64,000 bases of DNA, from assembly GCA_951406725.2 (NCBI GenBank), contig OX597817.1:73098001-73162000 (forward strand), in the 5' to 3' direction. A model generated the notes under the pieces. It did not search any database. It was not told the DNA's origin and was given only the letters and a program-made list of their open reading frames with translations. Position 1 is the stretch's first letter, and each line of letters opens with the position of its first letter. Below, piece by piece: positions 13,261 to 26,602 of this stretch. Both the position numbers and the translations under genes were made by a program. The DNA comes from Octopus vulgaris (taxonomy: Eukaryota).

Positions 13261-14389
13261 CTGTACATCAGTATTATGATTCAACAAAAAGAAATTCTCT
13301 TTCTATCTACAATCTGTGGGGTAATTGATACAGAAAGAAATACTAAAATATAAGTTGTTTTTTATCCTTGGATCAACCTTCATTCAGCAGACTTGTGAAT
13401 ACCCCCCCCCCCCCTTTTTTTTTCTTTCAGATATTGTGTGAAGACTATAATACTCTATATCTTCTTTATCTTGTTTCAATCATTAGACTGCAGCCATGCT
13501 GGAGCACCACTTTGGAGAATTTTTAGTTGAATGAATTGAGCTCAGTTCTTATATTATTGTTAAGCCTGGTACTTATTCTATCGTTCTCTTTTGCTGAACC
13601 ATTAAGTTGTGGGGATATAAATACACCATACTGATCAAGTGGTGTAGGGTACAAACACACACAGCTAGATAGATATACAACAGGCTTCTTCAGTTTCTGT
13701 CTATTTTTTTTAAGCATATATGGTTAACTTGAGAAAGATTTGGCTAGTATTTCTTGCAGGTTGACTTATATAAAGGCTCCCTACTGGTAACCCAAATAAA
13801 GGTCATGTTCTCTAGTGTAGTCAGATCACAGATTGAAACTGTAATACAAGTGTATCATGTAATCTTAGACAAAATATACTGTTCTTACATGCTTCAAACC
13901 CTGTTACAAAATAAGATATAAAAATAATAATTTCTAATTTAGGTGCTAGCCAGTAATTCTGGAAAGTTTGGCTAGTTGATTTACATCACCCTCAATACTG
14001 GACTGGTACTTTATTGTAGAAATGAAAGACTAAGTTCTTCTTGGTAAGATTTGAACTCTGAATATGAAGACTTGGTTGCAAGACATTTTTTCTGATGCTC
14101 TAATCATTCTGCCAAATAATTGAACAAAATCAAGTTGCATAGGCTACATAATTAGGTTCCTTGCAAGAATGTTATTTTCTGAAATGGCTAGTATCAGCAT
14201 TGATAAAGATCAATTATCAACGAGTCTTTTGATAAGTGTTCATAAATAACTATAACTGCAAATAGCACCAGTTTATTTATTTATTTTTTGTTCTCCATAA
14301 AGTTGTTTAATATTAAGAACAGTCTTCAAAAGCTATAAAGAATTAGCAGGCAGGATAAAATAAATAGCAGCTGGACAAGTAAAAGCGTT

Positions 14390-14750
14390 CTGTTGTTTAA
14401 CCCTGAGTCCAGTCCTGATCAAACAGACCTATCACCAAATGCATTCCAACCATGACCATCTTACCCCTCCCTTCAACCACCACCGTCAGATCTGTGTTCA
14501 GAACTGCATTATCCAATATAGCCTTCCTTTTGGAACTGTACAATGTGATTTCTAAGAGAATTATAAGCATGTAGCCATTCTTGTGTTAGCTTGTTGTTGA
14601 GTGAACCTACCCTCAATCTGAACATTCCAGTCCCCACGATCATCTTGTCTACATTATCCAGTTTGTTTTCTTTTTCGTGGCTACAATATGATTTGTTAGA
14701 GATTTAGCTGCTATTTCTAGCAAGTCAAGCAAACATCTAGATGTTCCTTC
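14390..14750 (+). repeat. Abundant interspersed repeat family D (SINE-like, unclassified), representative locus with two adjacent copies
   Basis: Recurring blocks GTTGTTTAACCC...TGATCAAACAGACCTAT...CATTCCAACCATGACCATC...CATTATCCAAT...GAGATTTAGCTGCTATTTCTAGCA. Related + copies at about 10250-10480, 18420, 18760, 23580, 24150, 43960, 44200, 46800, 51960 and 59510. Related - copies at about 5700, 12420, 31200, 39220, 58320 and 61715. Confidence 0.7.
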
Positions 14751-16699
14751 ATTTGTACAAAAAAATAGGTTACAGTATGAAGTTATTGGTATTGATATAT
14801 TCATTCTCTCTTTATTCAGTAGAATGTGTTTTTCTGCCTTTCGTGGAAGGTGTTTTTTTGTTTTTTCTTTCTGTACTTATTAATTTTTAATCAGAAGTCC
14901 AATGTGGTGTTTTAGATTATTTACATCTTTATTTTGTTTTGCTCTAATTTTCTGCTTGGATTCTAGATTCTAAAATTACAAGGTACTAAATTACTCCGAA
15001 GCATAAAAACTGTATACATATTAAATTTGACCTCTTCTTTTAATGAAATCCAAGCTCTTGATTCTTGAGTATATAATTTTCAGAATACTGACCCTATCAC
15101 CAATCATCAAATGTAAAATGTCAAGAAACAGTTAATTCTTAAACTTAGGTTGATGTTAACTATTTTGTAAATGTTGCAGTGAAGTGATAGCATTCAGAAT
15201 AAATTTTTGCTTTGTTGTAAGATTAGTACATCCTGTAGTGATTGGTATTAGGAAGGGCATCTGACTGTAGAAACAGCTGGATGCTGAGAACAGACATTAG
15301 ATCTCAAAAGAGTCCTCTGACTTATCAGACTCTGTCAAACATCCAACCTTACTGAGCAAGTAACATGGATGCTAAATGATGATGATGATAAAATGGTACA
15401 TTCTTTACTCTGGTTTTTGTGGTTGACCATAGACATGCTGAGCCTCCACTTTCAAGACTTTTTAGTTAGTTATACTAATCTTATTACTTTGTCTGGTATT
15501 TATTTTATTGCATTCATAAAGGTGATGGTGGGGAGAGTCTGTTGCAAACACAAAACTAGATAGAAAGAAATACCACAAGTTGGTTTTTGTATCAATTATT
15601 CCATCCCTCATTCATACACATGTCATACGAAGCAGCTAAAAGAGTTTGTAAACAGGAATGGTACTCTGCAATAAAGTACTACCTCAGAAAACTTGTCTGA
15701 CCCATGCTGACATGAAAAAGCAAATCTAAAATAATGGCACATGCATACACACGCACACATAATTTTATTTCGTGATACAGAGCACGATAATCATCATTTA
15801 TCATTTAATGTCTGTTCTCCATGCTGGCATGGATTGGACAATGCTCAGTATATTTTTGTTGGATGTGCATAGAATCATATATATGTTAATTTGTGAATTT
15901 AGCTCCATAACTTCGGTTGACGTCATGTGTACCCATTGATGTAAATATCCACTATCACTCGCAGAATTGATAATAGAGGCCACTGTGCAAATTTTAAGGA
16001 ATCTGATAGGTTTGTTACTCTTCATGTAAATATTTTTAACTCAGTTCGAGACTTCCATCACCATAATAGTATAAAAGCAGCAGTTTTGGTAGGTACACCA
16101 CCATTTCCACTATGACTTCCTATCAAATTCATACACATTCAGCAAATCCTCCTGGTCCTTCACGGAATTTACAGTTGCATCCCAGCTATGCCAGTTTCAT
16201 TGAATTTACAGTCTTTGTAGTGATGTTTGTTAACAAATAAACAGTGCATGCTTTAAAGCAATTGATGTAAATATATGCCAAACTGTTGTCAGCTAATTGC
16301 TGATCTTGACCAAGATGAGTACCATCAGTACAACCGAGTTGCTTGATAAAAAAAAACATTGTCATGGGGTTAATAGGGATTATTACATGTCCTGAATAGT
16401 AGTTTTCTTTGTTACTACTGTAAAATTAATTTCCATTTATTTCACATAAATTAACATATATGTATCAGTGTATAAGTGTTTACCAAATTTCATTCACAAG
16501 GTTTTGGTTAGCCCATGACTATAGTAGAAAATATTTGCCCAAAGTGGTGCACTGTGGTTTTGAAACCAAATTACATGAATGTGTGCACTTGTTAACCATA
16601 CATCTTCAAACTGCTGTCATCAGATATTTGGCATCTATTAGCTCCTTTTAACACTTTATAAATTTGTATAATTTCCTAAAAAGAAACAAACCGCCTTCA

Positions 16700-17170
16700 C
16701 TGTGATTAGACCTTGAACTGTTTCCCCTCCTCCATTTTGTATTTCTACCCTTTAGAGACTTCAGATTTTCTATTTATCAATACAAATTTGTTTTGTCAGT
16801 TTAGCTCAAAGCAAGTTCATTCAATTCACCTTCCCAAATAGATCTTTTTATCTATCTATCTTTCAAATCAATCTTCCACATAAAAATCTCTTTTGTTGTA
16901 TTGTTTAGACTGTTAAGAATCTGTTTGATTCATTGATTCATCGATTGATTCCAGTATCATTGTTATCCACTTGATATTCTTAATGCTTCATTCAACCTTG
17001 TAAGGAATGGATTTAGCTGATGGATAAAACCTAACAAATCACACTTGATATATTGTGTCACCAAACCACTTGAATTGATTAGTTTTTATCTCAGTGTGGA
17101 TTTAGCTACCAATTATTAGCACATTTCTCAAATATTTGGGAAAATTTGGCTTTGTGAAGTGTTGATTCAG
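16700..17170 (-). mobile_element. Possible very old Penelope-like reverse transcriptase relic
   Basis: Only scattered minus-strand fragments (KWFGD, FVRFYPS) in the order expected for the PLE RT pattern WF...FDIxxFYPSI. Heavily disrupted. Confidence 0.3.
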
Positions 17171-20100
17171 CTGTATCTTGTTTGTATGATTGTCTGTAGG
17201 GTTTTTTTTTTTTTAAATTTTTTTTTTTAGTTTCTATTTCTTTTGTCTTCATCTGTGAATAAATTGTTTTAGCATACTGGATAAATAAAAGTCAAAGATT
17301 ATGAAAGTAAAAGTTTACTACGTATCTTTGTCTCTGAGCCTTAAGGCTTACATTTATCTGTGGGCAAGATTTAGCAGTAGCATTTAAGTTGTTGAGATTA
17401 ATCTCTTGGATTGAGTAATACCAGTCTATCTCAGAGTGGCTGTGTATTTCATATAGTTAGGTAAAACAATATTTTGCAGGTGTGAAAACATACAGGCGAT
17501 AAGAATTCTCAAATAATGGAACATAGCCACTTCTGTACTCTACAATAATCACTTATATGAGTCAGGCATATCTCTATGATCTTCTATCTCTCCATCTGAT
17601 AAAAAGACATTATTTGATTTTGATGGGAGGGAATTCATAATTATAGCTAATAAATGAGAATTTCTCTCTACCTCCTGTCTTGAACACTATTTATTCATTC
17701 ATTCATTTATTTATTTTCTTCTTTCTAACAAAGTTAATTGATCATTTAAAAGTGCTAAATACCTATCACATCTTGACCTAGTAAAAAGCTGAATAGATTT
17801 TTTTTTCCAAGGGAGATAATGATGATAGGTGGGATAGTTCCCCCATCTTTTTCTTTATTTATATCTGTTTTATTTTATCTCTGCTAAAAATCCTTCTAAC
17901 TAAATGAAAATTGATACCAAAGAAGTAAACTGAAATCTTTGCAAGTATAATGACTGTGGATGGTGATGTATTACTGCTAATGTCTGAATGCTTTGGTTAC
18001 TTTCAGCAATGTATTGATTTTTGTTTTTGAAATGTTCTGAATTTAACTACACACAGTTAGGTTCTATGATACTCAGAAGCAAGTTACCTAGGCATGTTTG
18101 CTTGCTATATTATATGTATTCCAGTAATGAGCTATGATGTAGGTAGGATATTATGCTATTGGTTATTTGATGAATGTAGATAGACAATGACACATAGTTT
18201 GTTTATACAGGAGATAAAGGATTTAACTTTTTCAGGTGGGTAAACAAATCTCTCTGCTTGTAAAGATCACATATTCAGTATTTTACAGAACAAATCAAAT
18301 GTTTGATTATGCAAATAAAATGAGATCTGTTTTTTGTGCAAAGATAAAATTTACCAATGACAAGGCGGAATCTCATGTGAGAAAAGAAATTTGAAAGTTG
18401 TATCTGCAGTTAAGTTATTTTTAAGTCTCACGTCAACCCTGATCCAGTAGATCTATAATCAAAGGCGTTCCAACTATAACCATCTATTCCCCATCCACCA
18501 GATTTCAGAACTACAATAAGGGTTGCTGTTTTTGTAGGTCAAGTGACCATGTAGGTCTAAAGAAATGTTCTATCTTAACCATCTTAGCATCAGTTAAAAT
18601 TGAACAAGCTAGAATGCAAGAGACAGACCTTTGGAAATTATATTTGGAGCAGAGACATAAAGTCTTGGTGCAGTTCTTGTGTTAATGTTCCCTGATGAGA
18701 CCTGAGTGAGAGCTTATCTGATAGTTTACTGTTGTAAATATGTGTTTTAATTTTAACCAAGGTTAACCTTGCTTGAGCAAACCTACGATTCAAAGACATT
18801 CTAATCATGAATATCCTATAGCTTAAGTGTTATCTTAGGCAATATCATATAATATGTCCTTTGTTTAAGATAATGGGGAAAGGTTTAACTGCTTTTTTTA
18901 GTAGGTCGATTGACTCCTTACTTTCCTTCCCTCATTGGTTTGAAAAACAGATAATCACTAAAATTGGTATCCTGTTGATAGGGTTTGTTAGCATGTATCA
19001 GATTGGAAACAAAATATGTTGATATGCAATAAAGATGAAATAAGTCATTTCACCAGAAAAGACTACCTTATTTCTCCACCAAAATAATTATCTCAAATAA
19101 TTGTCAATTCTAGTATGATAGTTATCTTTTATTTATTACAGTTTGTATTAGTTCTAAAGGCAGTTGAGTATGTGGAAATATTTAGATTATTTGATTGTAA
19201 ACCTTTTGTCTTTTGCTAACATTCATTATGATTTTTGATAATTTTATGTACCATTAGATAATTCCACATCAGTTAAGATTAAAAGGGTCTGGTACGATCC
19301 AGTCATCAGGGCAACTGTAAAATAGTTTAGTAATGTTGCATGAAATACAGCCTGCTTTAGGTGAAAAACATTTATGTCTATGCTTCCTTCAACTAAAATT
19401 TGAGGAATGAGGATGGAAAAATGATGATGGAAGATAAGTACTAAATATAACTTTACCTTGGTGGTAGGAACAAATAGATGATGAATTTTAGAAGCTTTAC
19501 CAGATATAGGTCATCCACCAGCTGTTTTCCACATCGGATTTTAAGACATTTCACTAGTGATACGGCAGATGTTCCAGCTCTTATATCAGTTATGGTATTC
19601 CAGATAAAACACAAGTTATCCATGTCTCCTAGTCTCCCATTGAGAAATCCAAAATAGTATTCTAGATGATGGTTGATTTATATGATTAATAAATCCGGTT
19701 ATATGGAATTTCTTTCCCACCCACATTTTTTTCCCTGCAGACATCAACTCACAGATGTTCAAGCCAGACATTAACCGTATTGATCTCAGCAGACCTGAGA
19801 AGGTCATTGGCACTCTAGATCGCAAGAGAGAGAGAAAAGATTACATAGTTGTTTTCCATTGTGTGACACAGTGACAAGTGATGTAAGAAAGAGCAATAAT
19901 AATGATTTCTTGCATTGGCACATGACCACAAATTTATAGGGAAGCACTGTAATCAATTAAATCAACTATTTTCCAACTACTTACCATTATTGACCTGAAA
20001 GATGGAAAGGCAAATTTGAACCTTGACTTAATCTGAACTAAGAATATAAAGAGGACACTAAATATTGAAAAACCTTCTATCTTGTGTTCTCTTGAACCAG

Positions 20101-22833
20101 CAATCCTACAACAAAAGCAAAAATAATGGCAGTATAAATATTGACTCAAGTTAAACAACACCTGCTGATCCTATATAAGAAACAGTATTAGCAAAGATTG
20201 CATCCTATGGATCCACTTATCACATTCCTGGTAATAATATCTGTTAAATCTGATGTTACAAATGTTTATTTAATTGCAGTAAAGTTCTATAAAGTTAGAA
20301 TAACATTCAGTATGTGTTACAATGTACTGCTCTCTAAGTCTAAATCTTGCCAAAGTCTTTCATCCTTTTGTGGTTGATTAAAAACAAAAAAAAATCTAAG
20401 GCAGTAGGTTGGTAAAAGTCTTAGCATCAAATGGAATAGATGCTTTGCAGTATCTTTTCTAGCTCTTTGTGTTCTGACAATTACAGCACTGGTGCCAACC
20501 TGAATTGGCCTAAGGTGGCAGCCATTCTCTTGAACAACATCGATGGTGTGGAGAAAGAGACTTGTATGCATGGGCTCGAATGCTTTACCCAGACATATGC
20601 ATTCATGTGCAGATAACATGATTAATCCTAACCAATGGAGGCTCTACATAGAACAGTTATTTATTTATGCTAAAATAGAAGGTATTGAGTGTGAAACATG
20701 TTCAATTGCCTTAATCAACTCTGAAAATCATCATTGTTACCATATTCATTTAACATCCATGTTTCATGTTGGCATGGATTGGACATCATCATCGTTTAAT
20801 GTCCATGTTTTAAAAATGACTTTTGAATTTGAATTAGACTGCAATGCTTTTTTAAAAGTTGGAGATGAATTAGATAGAATAATTAAATCAATCTGGAATT
20901 ATAAACTCTTCCTTTCATGAAATTGACCTTGTGTTGCCTATCAGAATTATAATTCTTGTAATGATGTTTAATGGTTATCATTATTGGTATGGTAAAATCA
21001 GAGTATAAGCAGAATTGGTAGAGTTGCAGATAGAATTTCTGCAGTATTTTGTAATATCCTTGTGTGTTTTGCAATCAAATCCTACCATGGTTAATTTTGA
21101 CTTCCATCTTTCAGTAACATAAAGAGCCAGTTGAATTGTGGGATTGATATAATTGACTATTTCTGAAAATTTCTGGCCTTGAACAGTTCTTAAGTTATTA
21201 TAGTGCTAGACTAAATGTTTTCCATTATTTTATATGTCTATGTTCAAGCCAAACATTGAATTTTATCAAGGAATGCTTTGGTGTTAATCTCTGGAGGTCA
21301 ATTATATAAGCACCATCTTTATACCATAGTTGAACCAGTTTCCTATGACCCTCAATTATAAAATTGTAGCATTATTATAATAATGTAAAAAATAAATAAT
21401 CACTGACTTGTGTCATTCATTAGTCAGGAATTTTGTTTCCAGAGGTTAATAAATTATAAGCATGTGTAAATGGTGTGTGTGTGATACTTATAGGTAATGT
21501 ATATATGAAATATCTATTGTTTGTATGTGTACATGTCTATATATTGTGTAACTGTGTTACAATAAAGTTTGTAACCTGTCGGGTTCCTGTGTGTTGTGTA
21601 CAGAGATAGAGAGAGAGAATAATTGTACTGGGTCCTTTTTTCAGATGTGCATCCTATTATATCCCATAACTTATCAATATAGACAAACAGAAACTGATAA
21701 AATAAGTATCACATAGAAATAAATTTTAAAGTCAATATGATGACTGAAACCCTTAAAGGTAGTGCCCCAGCATGACCACAGTTCACTGATTGAAAACGGT
21801 AAAAGAATATGGTGCATGTGTGTGTGTGTGCACGCACGCATGTATAATGCACATGAGCTTTTCTTATCTTCTAATTACCTTGGCCTATCTCTCTCCTATC
21901 TATTTCTCTCCTCTCCTGCTTCCTATTCTATTTCCTTTTGATACTCTCTATCTGTCTGTCTGTCTGTCTCTTTCTCTCTGGCTGACATGCTTCTCAGTCT
22001 GTTTTCCCCTGCTTCTGTTCCCATTTCACTCTGGCCACTCCACCCCCCACCCCTTTGGGGTTTTTTTCTTTTGTTTTGATTGCTTCTCTCTGCTTCAATC
22101 CTTTCTTTTGGTTGCTTATTAGTTGGTTTTCTCTCTCTCTCTCTTCGGTGCCATGTTTTTTTCTCTCTTTGTCTCAGTTTCCCTACTGTCTTGTTTCCCC
22201 ACCTCGCTACTATTATTGGTTTTCTCATGATTTCCTGATGTACTTTTGTGGGAATTTTTTTCATATCACTGCCACTACTTCCACTCCCTTGCCACCACCA
22301 CCAAACTAATATAACACCTTAACTACAACTAAAGATGCCTTATTTCTCTCTTTATTATTATTATGTCATTGTCTGTATAATAAATAAATAAATAAATAAA
22401 TAAACACACATACACACACACACACAGTCACTCATACATACATACTAGCTTCATCCATGCTTGAAGCCTGCTAACTTCCTACATTTGGATACCTGGATTA
22501 TACTTATCTATTACTATATATATACACACACACCTACCTGTGTATTTTTTTTTTTATGTATCTTCATATGCTATTAGAACACAATCTATATATTTGAATT
22601 TTTTACTTTTTGGACATTTCTCTCTTCCATATTCCGTTAATGTTCACAACTTTAAAAAGGATTTATTATTATTATTTAATCAAAATCTCACCTATAATTG
22701 AAAATCTTTTATTTTGCCGCTCACCTTCCACTCTATTAACAGTGAATGCAACCATAAGATAGCTGGTTTCTATGAAAAGGACACATTATAGGGAAGTCGG
22801 GAAACAACATTGAGTGGAAATTGTTGTTAACTA

Positions 22834-23096
22834 TTAACCCTGTTGATACCAACTTGTCTGTGATGTCTCTGCTTATAGAAAACTTTCAATGTCAAATTGT
22901 TCATATTTAATTGAAAACCTTCCTCGATAATTTTGATTTGGAACAATTTTGTTTGTTCCTGTTCCAAACAACAGTATAATATTGAAGTTCTTTTTTTCCT
23001 AAATGAACTCAAATTCTTGTTTTTTTTTTTCTCAAAATTATTTGAAGCATACTGAAGCAGTGGGTATCATTAAAATATATTCATAAAAAGGTTTAA
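22834..23096. mobile_element. piggyBac-like MITE family B, old copy
   Basis: TTAA|CCCTGTTGATACCAAC ... ATAAAAAGGT|TTAA. The interior resembles 48562-48772 and 48904-49131. Confidence 0.6.
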
Positions 23097-23240
23097 CTCT
23101 TTAGGCATATCTAGCCCAAATATTCTACCTGTTTTATGTTCAAACTAACCAGATCCAGCCTATCATACCTACCCTGCATTGTCATTCTAAAAAGTAAGCA
23201 ATCACATTGCCATAATCTCAAAGCTATGAGATTATGCATA
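23093..23240. mobile_element. piggyBac-like MITE family A, partial, sharing a TTAA with the preceding element
   Basis: TTAACTCTTTAG...CCCAAATATTCTACCTGTTTTATGTTCAAA...GTCATTCTAAAAA matches 2-213 and 38884-39091. Other partial copies lie at about 9769-9820 and 55072-55198. Confidence 0.7.
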
Positions 23241-26200
23241 AACAACAAATATGTATTTCTGCTATATTTACTTAGCAATTTATTTACTATTAATTTGGTA
23301 AGCTATGAAAAAGTTACTTTGATAAAGGAGCTAAAATAGGTTCAATTCTTTATTTTTTTTATAAAACACCAGTTATTGTAACATTCCTTTTTTTTATTTT
23401 GCTTCTTTTCTAATACATATTTATATCTAATTGGGTTTTAATGCACCATGGTATTAAGTATGCTGAGACTTATTAATATAAGTATTAATTTGTTTATTTG
23501 TTGTATTGTCATTTTATTTTATTGCCAATGCTGAACTTTTAAAAAAATAATTGAGAATGTGAGAGGAGGTGACAACAGCTGATGTTGTTTAGCCCCAGAT
23601 CAGCAATGATCAAACAGACTTATGTGTAATAAAAGGCATTTTGTCTGACAAACCCCTCCTCTTTTATTCAAATATATTGTATCTAGGTGTGATTTGAGAG
23701 ATTTTGTTGCTATTTTTAGCCAGTTGAGAGATCTATACAAATTCTTTCATTGACTCGGGTTATTTTTTGTTGTCAAATTATTGATAATTATATTTTTGAT
23801 TTAAAAATTGCTTCTTACTCATTTCACAGTAGTTGAGTTAGTAGTAACCTTAATTTTATGGTTTATTCAAGAAAAAGTAGGGTCTGTTAAGGCTGATAGT
23901 AGGGTCTGATAGTAAAAAGGGAGGAAGAAACCAGCATTGTGTTGTTGTAGTTGTTTGCAATGCATCAAGATTTTGGGTCCTCTTAATGGTATTACTGCAA
24001 GGTTTCTGTTATCCCCAACCAGCAATATCTGTTCTCAGTCAGGGGATACTTCTTTCAAATGACAATTGTAATGCTTTCATCTATTCATGTGACTTCAGTT
24101 TCTCTGGAAAAACAAACCAAATTCAGTTAGAGACAGAAAAGAATGTTGTACAGCCTCAACTTAGCCATAGCTGAGCATACTTATCATCAAAGATGTTCCA
24201 GCCATAACCATTTGTGTCTTTTTTTTTTTCTCAAGACCTAGTGCTCATGTATATAGGACCATACTCTCAACTCTGTGTACATTTTTCAATACAGTAGACA
24301 TGTTTCTAGAGGTTCCTCTGTTGTCTGATATATTTCTTTATTTCTATAATCTATGACAAGTGACCTTTCATACATTCTGGGGGTGGTGGTAATGCCCTTT
24401 TTGTTTTGTTTTTTTAATATTTTTCCATATTTCACTGTTTTATGATGGCAGGGTATATGAGAGGTGTTTAAAATCTTGTCAATATGTTTTGCTGAGGAGA
24501 TTTGATAGCATAGAAACATATCTTGCTTTCAACAGTTGGTTCCTTTTGTGGTAATGATTTTAATAACTAGATTGTCCAAATGTTACAGTTGATTTTTCAA
24601 TATGAAGATGTTTAAGGATTTAGTAAAATAATTAGCTCTGGCCATCTGAAGTCTCATGTTATCATTCATATAACAATGTTTTAGTTTGAGAGATTTTAAT
24701 TTAAAAATAACACTTGCATATATGTAGTCTTAGATAGGTTGGTATTGAGAGTTGAATGTAGATCCACTCCAGTTTACATTTTCTTTATTTCCAAGAAATT
24801 TCATTCATCTGTGCTTATTAGAGTTTTCCCCTTTGCTTGATCAGTTGAGTTTTTCAACCTACTCCTGTTATATATAAGACCTCCATGTTTTTGTATTTAA
24901 TTTGCAAAGCATTTCCCTGTGGTATTTTCCTCACAACTATATACTTGATACAACAGCCCTGCCACTGAGCTTCCAAACTATCTATCCACTTTCATTTGCA
25001 AGGTTTAGTTGAATCTAACCAAGAATCACATGATTACAAAATTAACTTCTTATCCACACAGCCATGCTACTAAACAGATGATAACTGAGAAAAAATAATT
25101 CAGAAGATTATTTCACAATGATACTAAAATAAATTTGAATACTCACTCCATCTTACCCTAACTGCACTTAATTTAATTTAGTACTTCATTCATCTGAAAA
25201 GAATTAAACAGTCAATTTGTATGGCTTTATTCAAGAGAGCTTTAAGGACAAATAGTGAAATAAAACATTTGGCAGTATATGTTGTAGATAAAAAATCACT
25301 CTAGTTAGCTTTTGACTGGTTATTTAACGTATACAGGGAATTTGAGATTTTATGGTTGGCATAAACATTAAAAAAAGTTTTTGTTTTTTTTTTTTACTTT
25401 CTTTTGACAAATCTCTCCTGTTGGTGAATCTATTTTGTCGAAAGATTTTGTGTAAGTGTTAGAAAAAAATTTATTACTTTTTTTTTTTTTTTTCTATGAA
25501 AATTCCAAGCAGAGATTTCCCTGTATATTTAAAAATCATTACTTATTTAAACAATTTTTTTCTAGTAATATTATCGTCTTTGTCATATATCTGATTTTTT
25601 TTTACCATGCTTGTGTGGGTTTCACCACCTGTCACAGTTCTTCATCATCTGATATGTATAACAGAAAACACCAGCTGATTACCCTTCCTATCACCTGCCA
25701 GTTTTCAGTATAAGCTTATGACATTTTATCATGCCACCAGCAGTAACAGACAACTGTAGCTGGAGTAAAGTCTCTTCTATCCTGTATCTGATTATTTTTT
25801 TCAGAGTTAGATAGAATCTCTTAGATAGATTGCACTTGTTGCATCTTGGAGAGACTTGGTTTCTTCCATTCCATTGTCTTATTTTAGCATAAACTTACTT
25901 TTCTTTACCTCCAGCCAAGAAAGTCAATTATTGAAAGATGTATACCAGACATTGAGCTCTTAAACATGTGCTACATGCACAGCAATCAGTGGAGTAAGGG
26001 AGGTGTTATATACTTTTCAGTGAAATACAACAGGATAAGTGGATAAACCGAAAATATGCGTAATATATGCATGTTGACATATCTCAGAGATTCACTATGA
26101 AGGGATTGTGTGTGGATAATCATCATTGCAACACTATATTGAGGTAGTTTTCTACTGCTAGATGTCCTTCCTGATGCCAACCCTCATTTGTTTCCAAGCA

Positions 26201-26602
26201 AGGTAATATTCAGTGTACTGACCAACAAACATTCTAAACATGCTTCCATAGAGGACTGCAAACAAGCAACACTTTGTATGAGCAATGAGAGTTTTGTTTA
26301 CAATCAGCACACAGCATATCAAGGCATGTCATTAAGCCCAGATATGCTTTTTCCGGTGGACTACAAACAAATGGCACTATTTGTATTAACAGTGAGGCTT
26401 TTTTTTTTTTTTTTTTTCAATTAGTGGGCACACTTGTCATGGGGAGAATACAAACACACATTTATATACATACCTCATCATCATCACAGAACCTCTTTTC
26501 TGAGTGTATGCCCACATACATACATTAAAAGCTAAAATTTCTTGAATTATTCAATCCCAATTTTTCAAACACTTGAGGAAGTGTAAACTATGATAATTTA
26601 AC

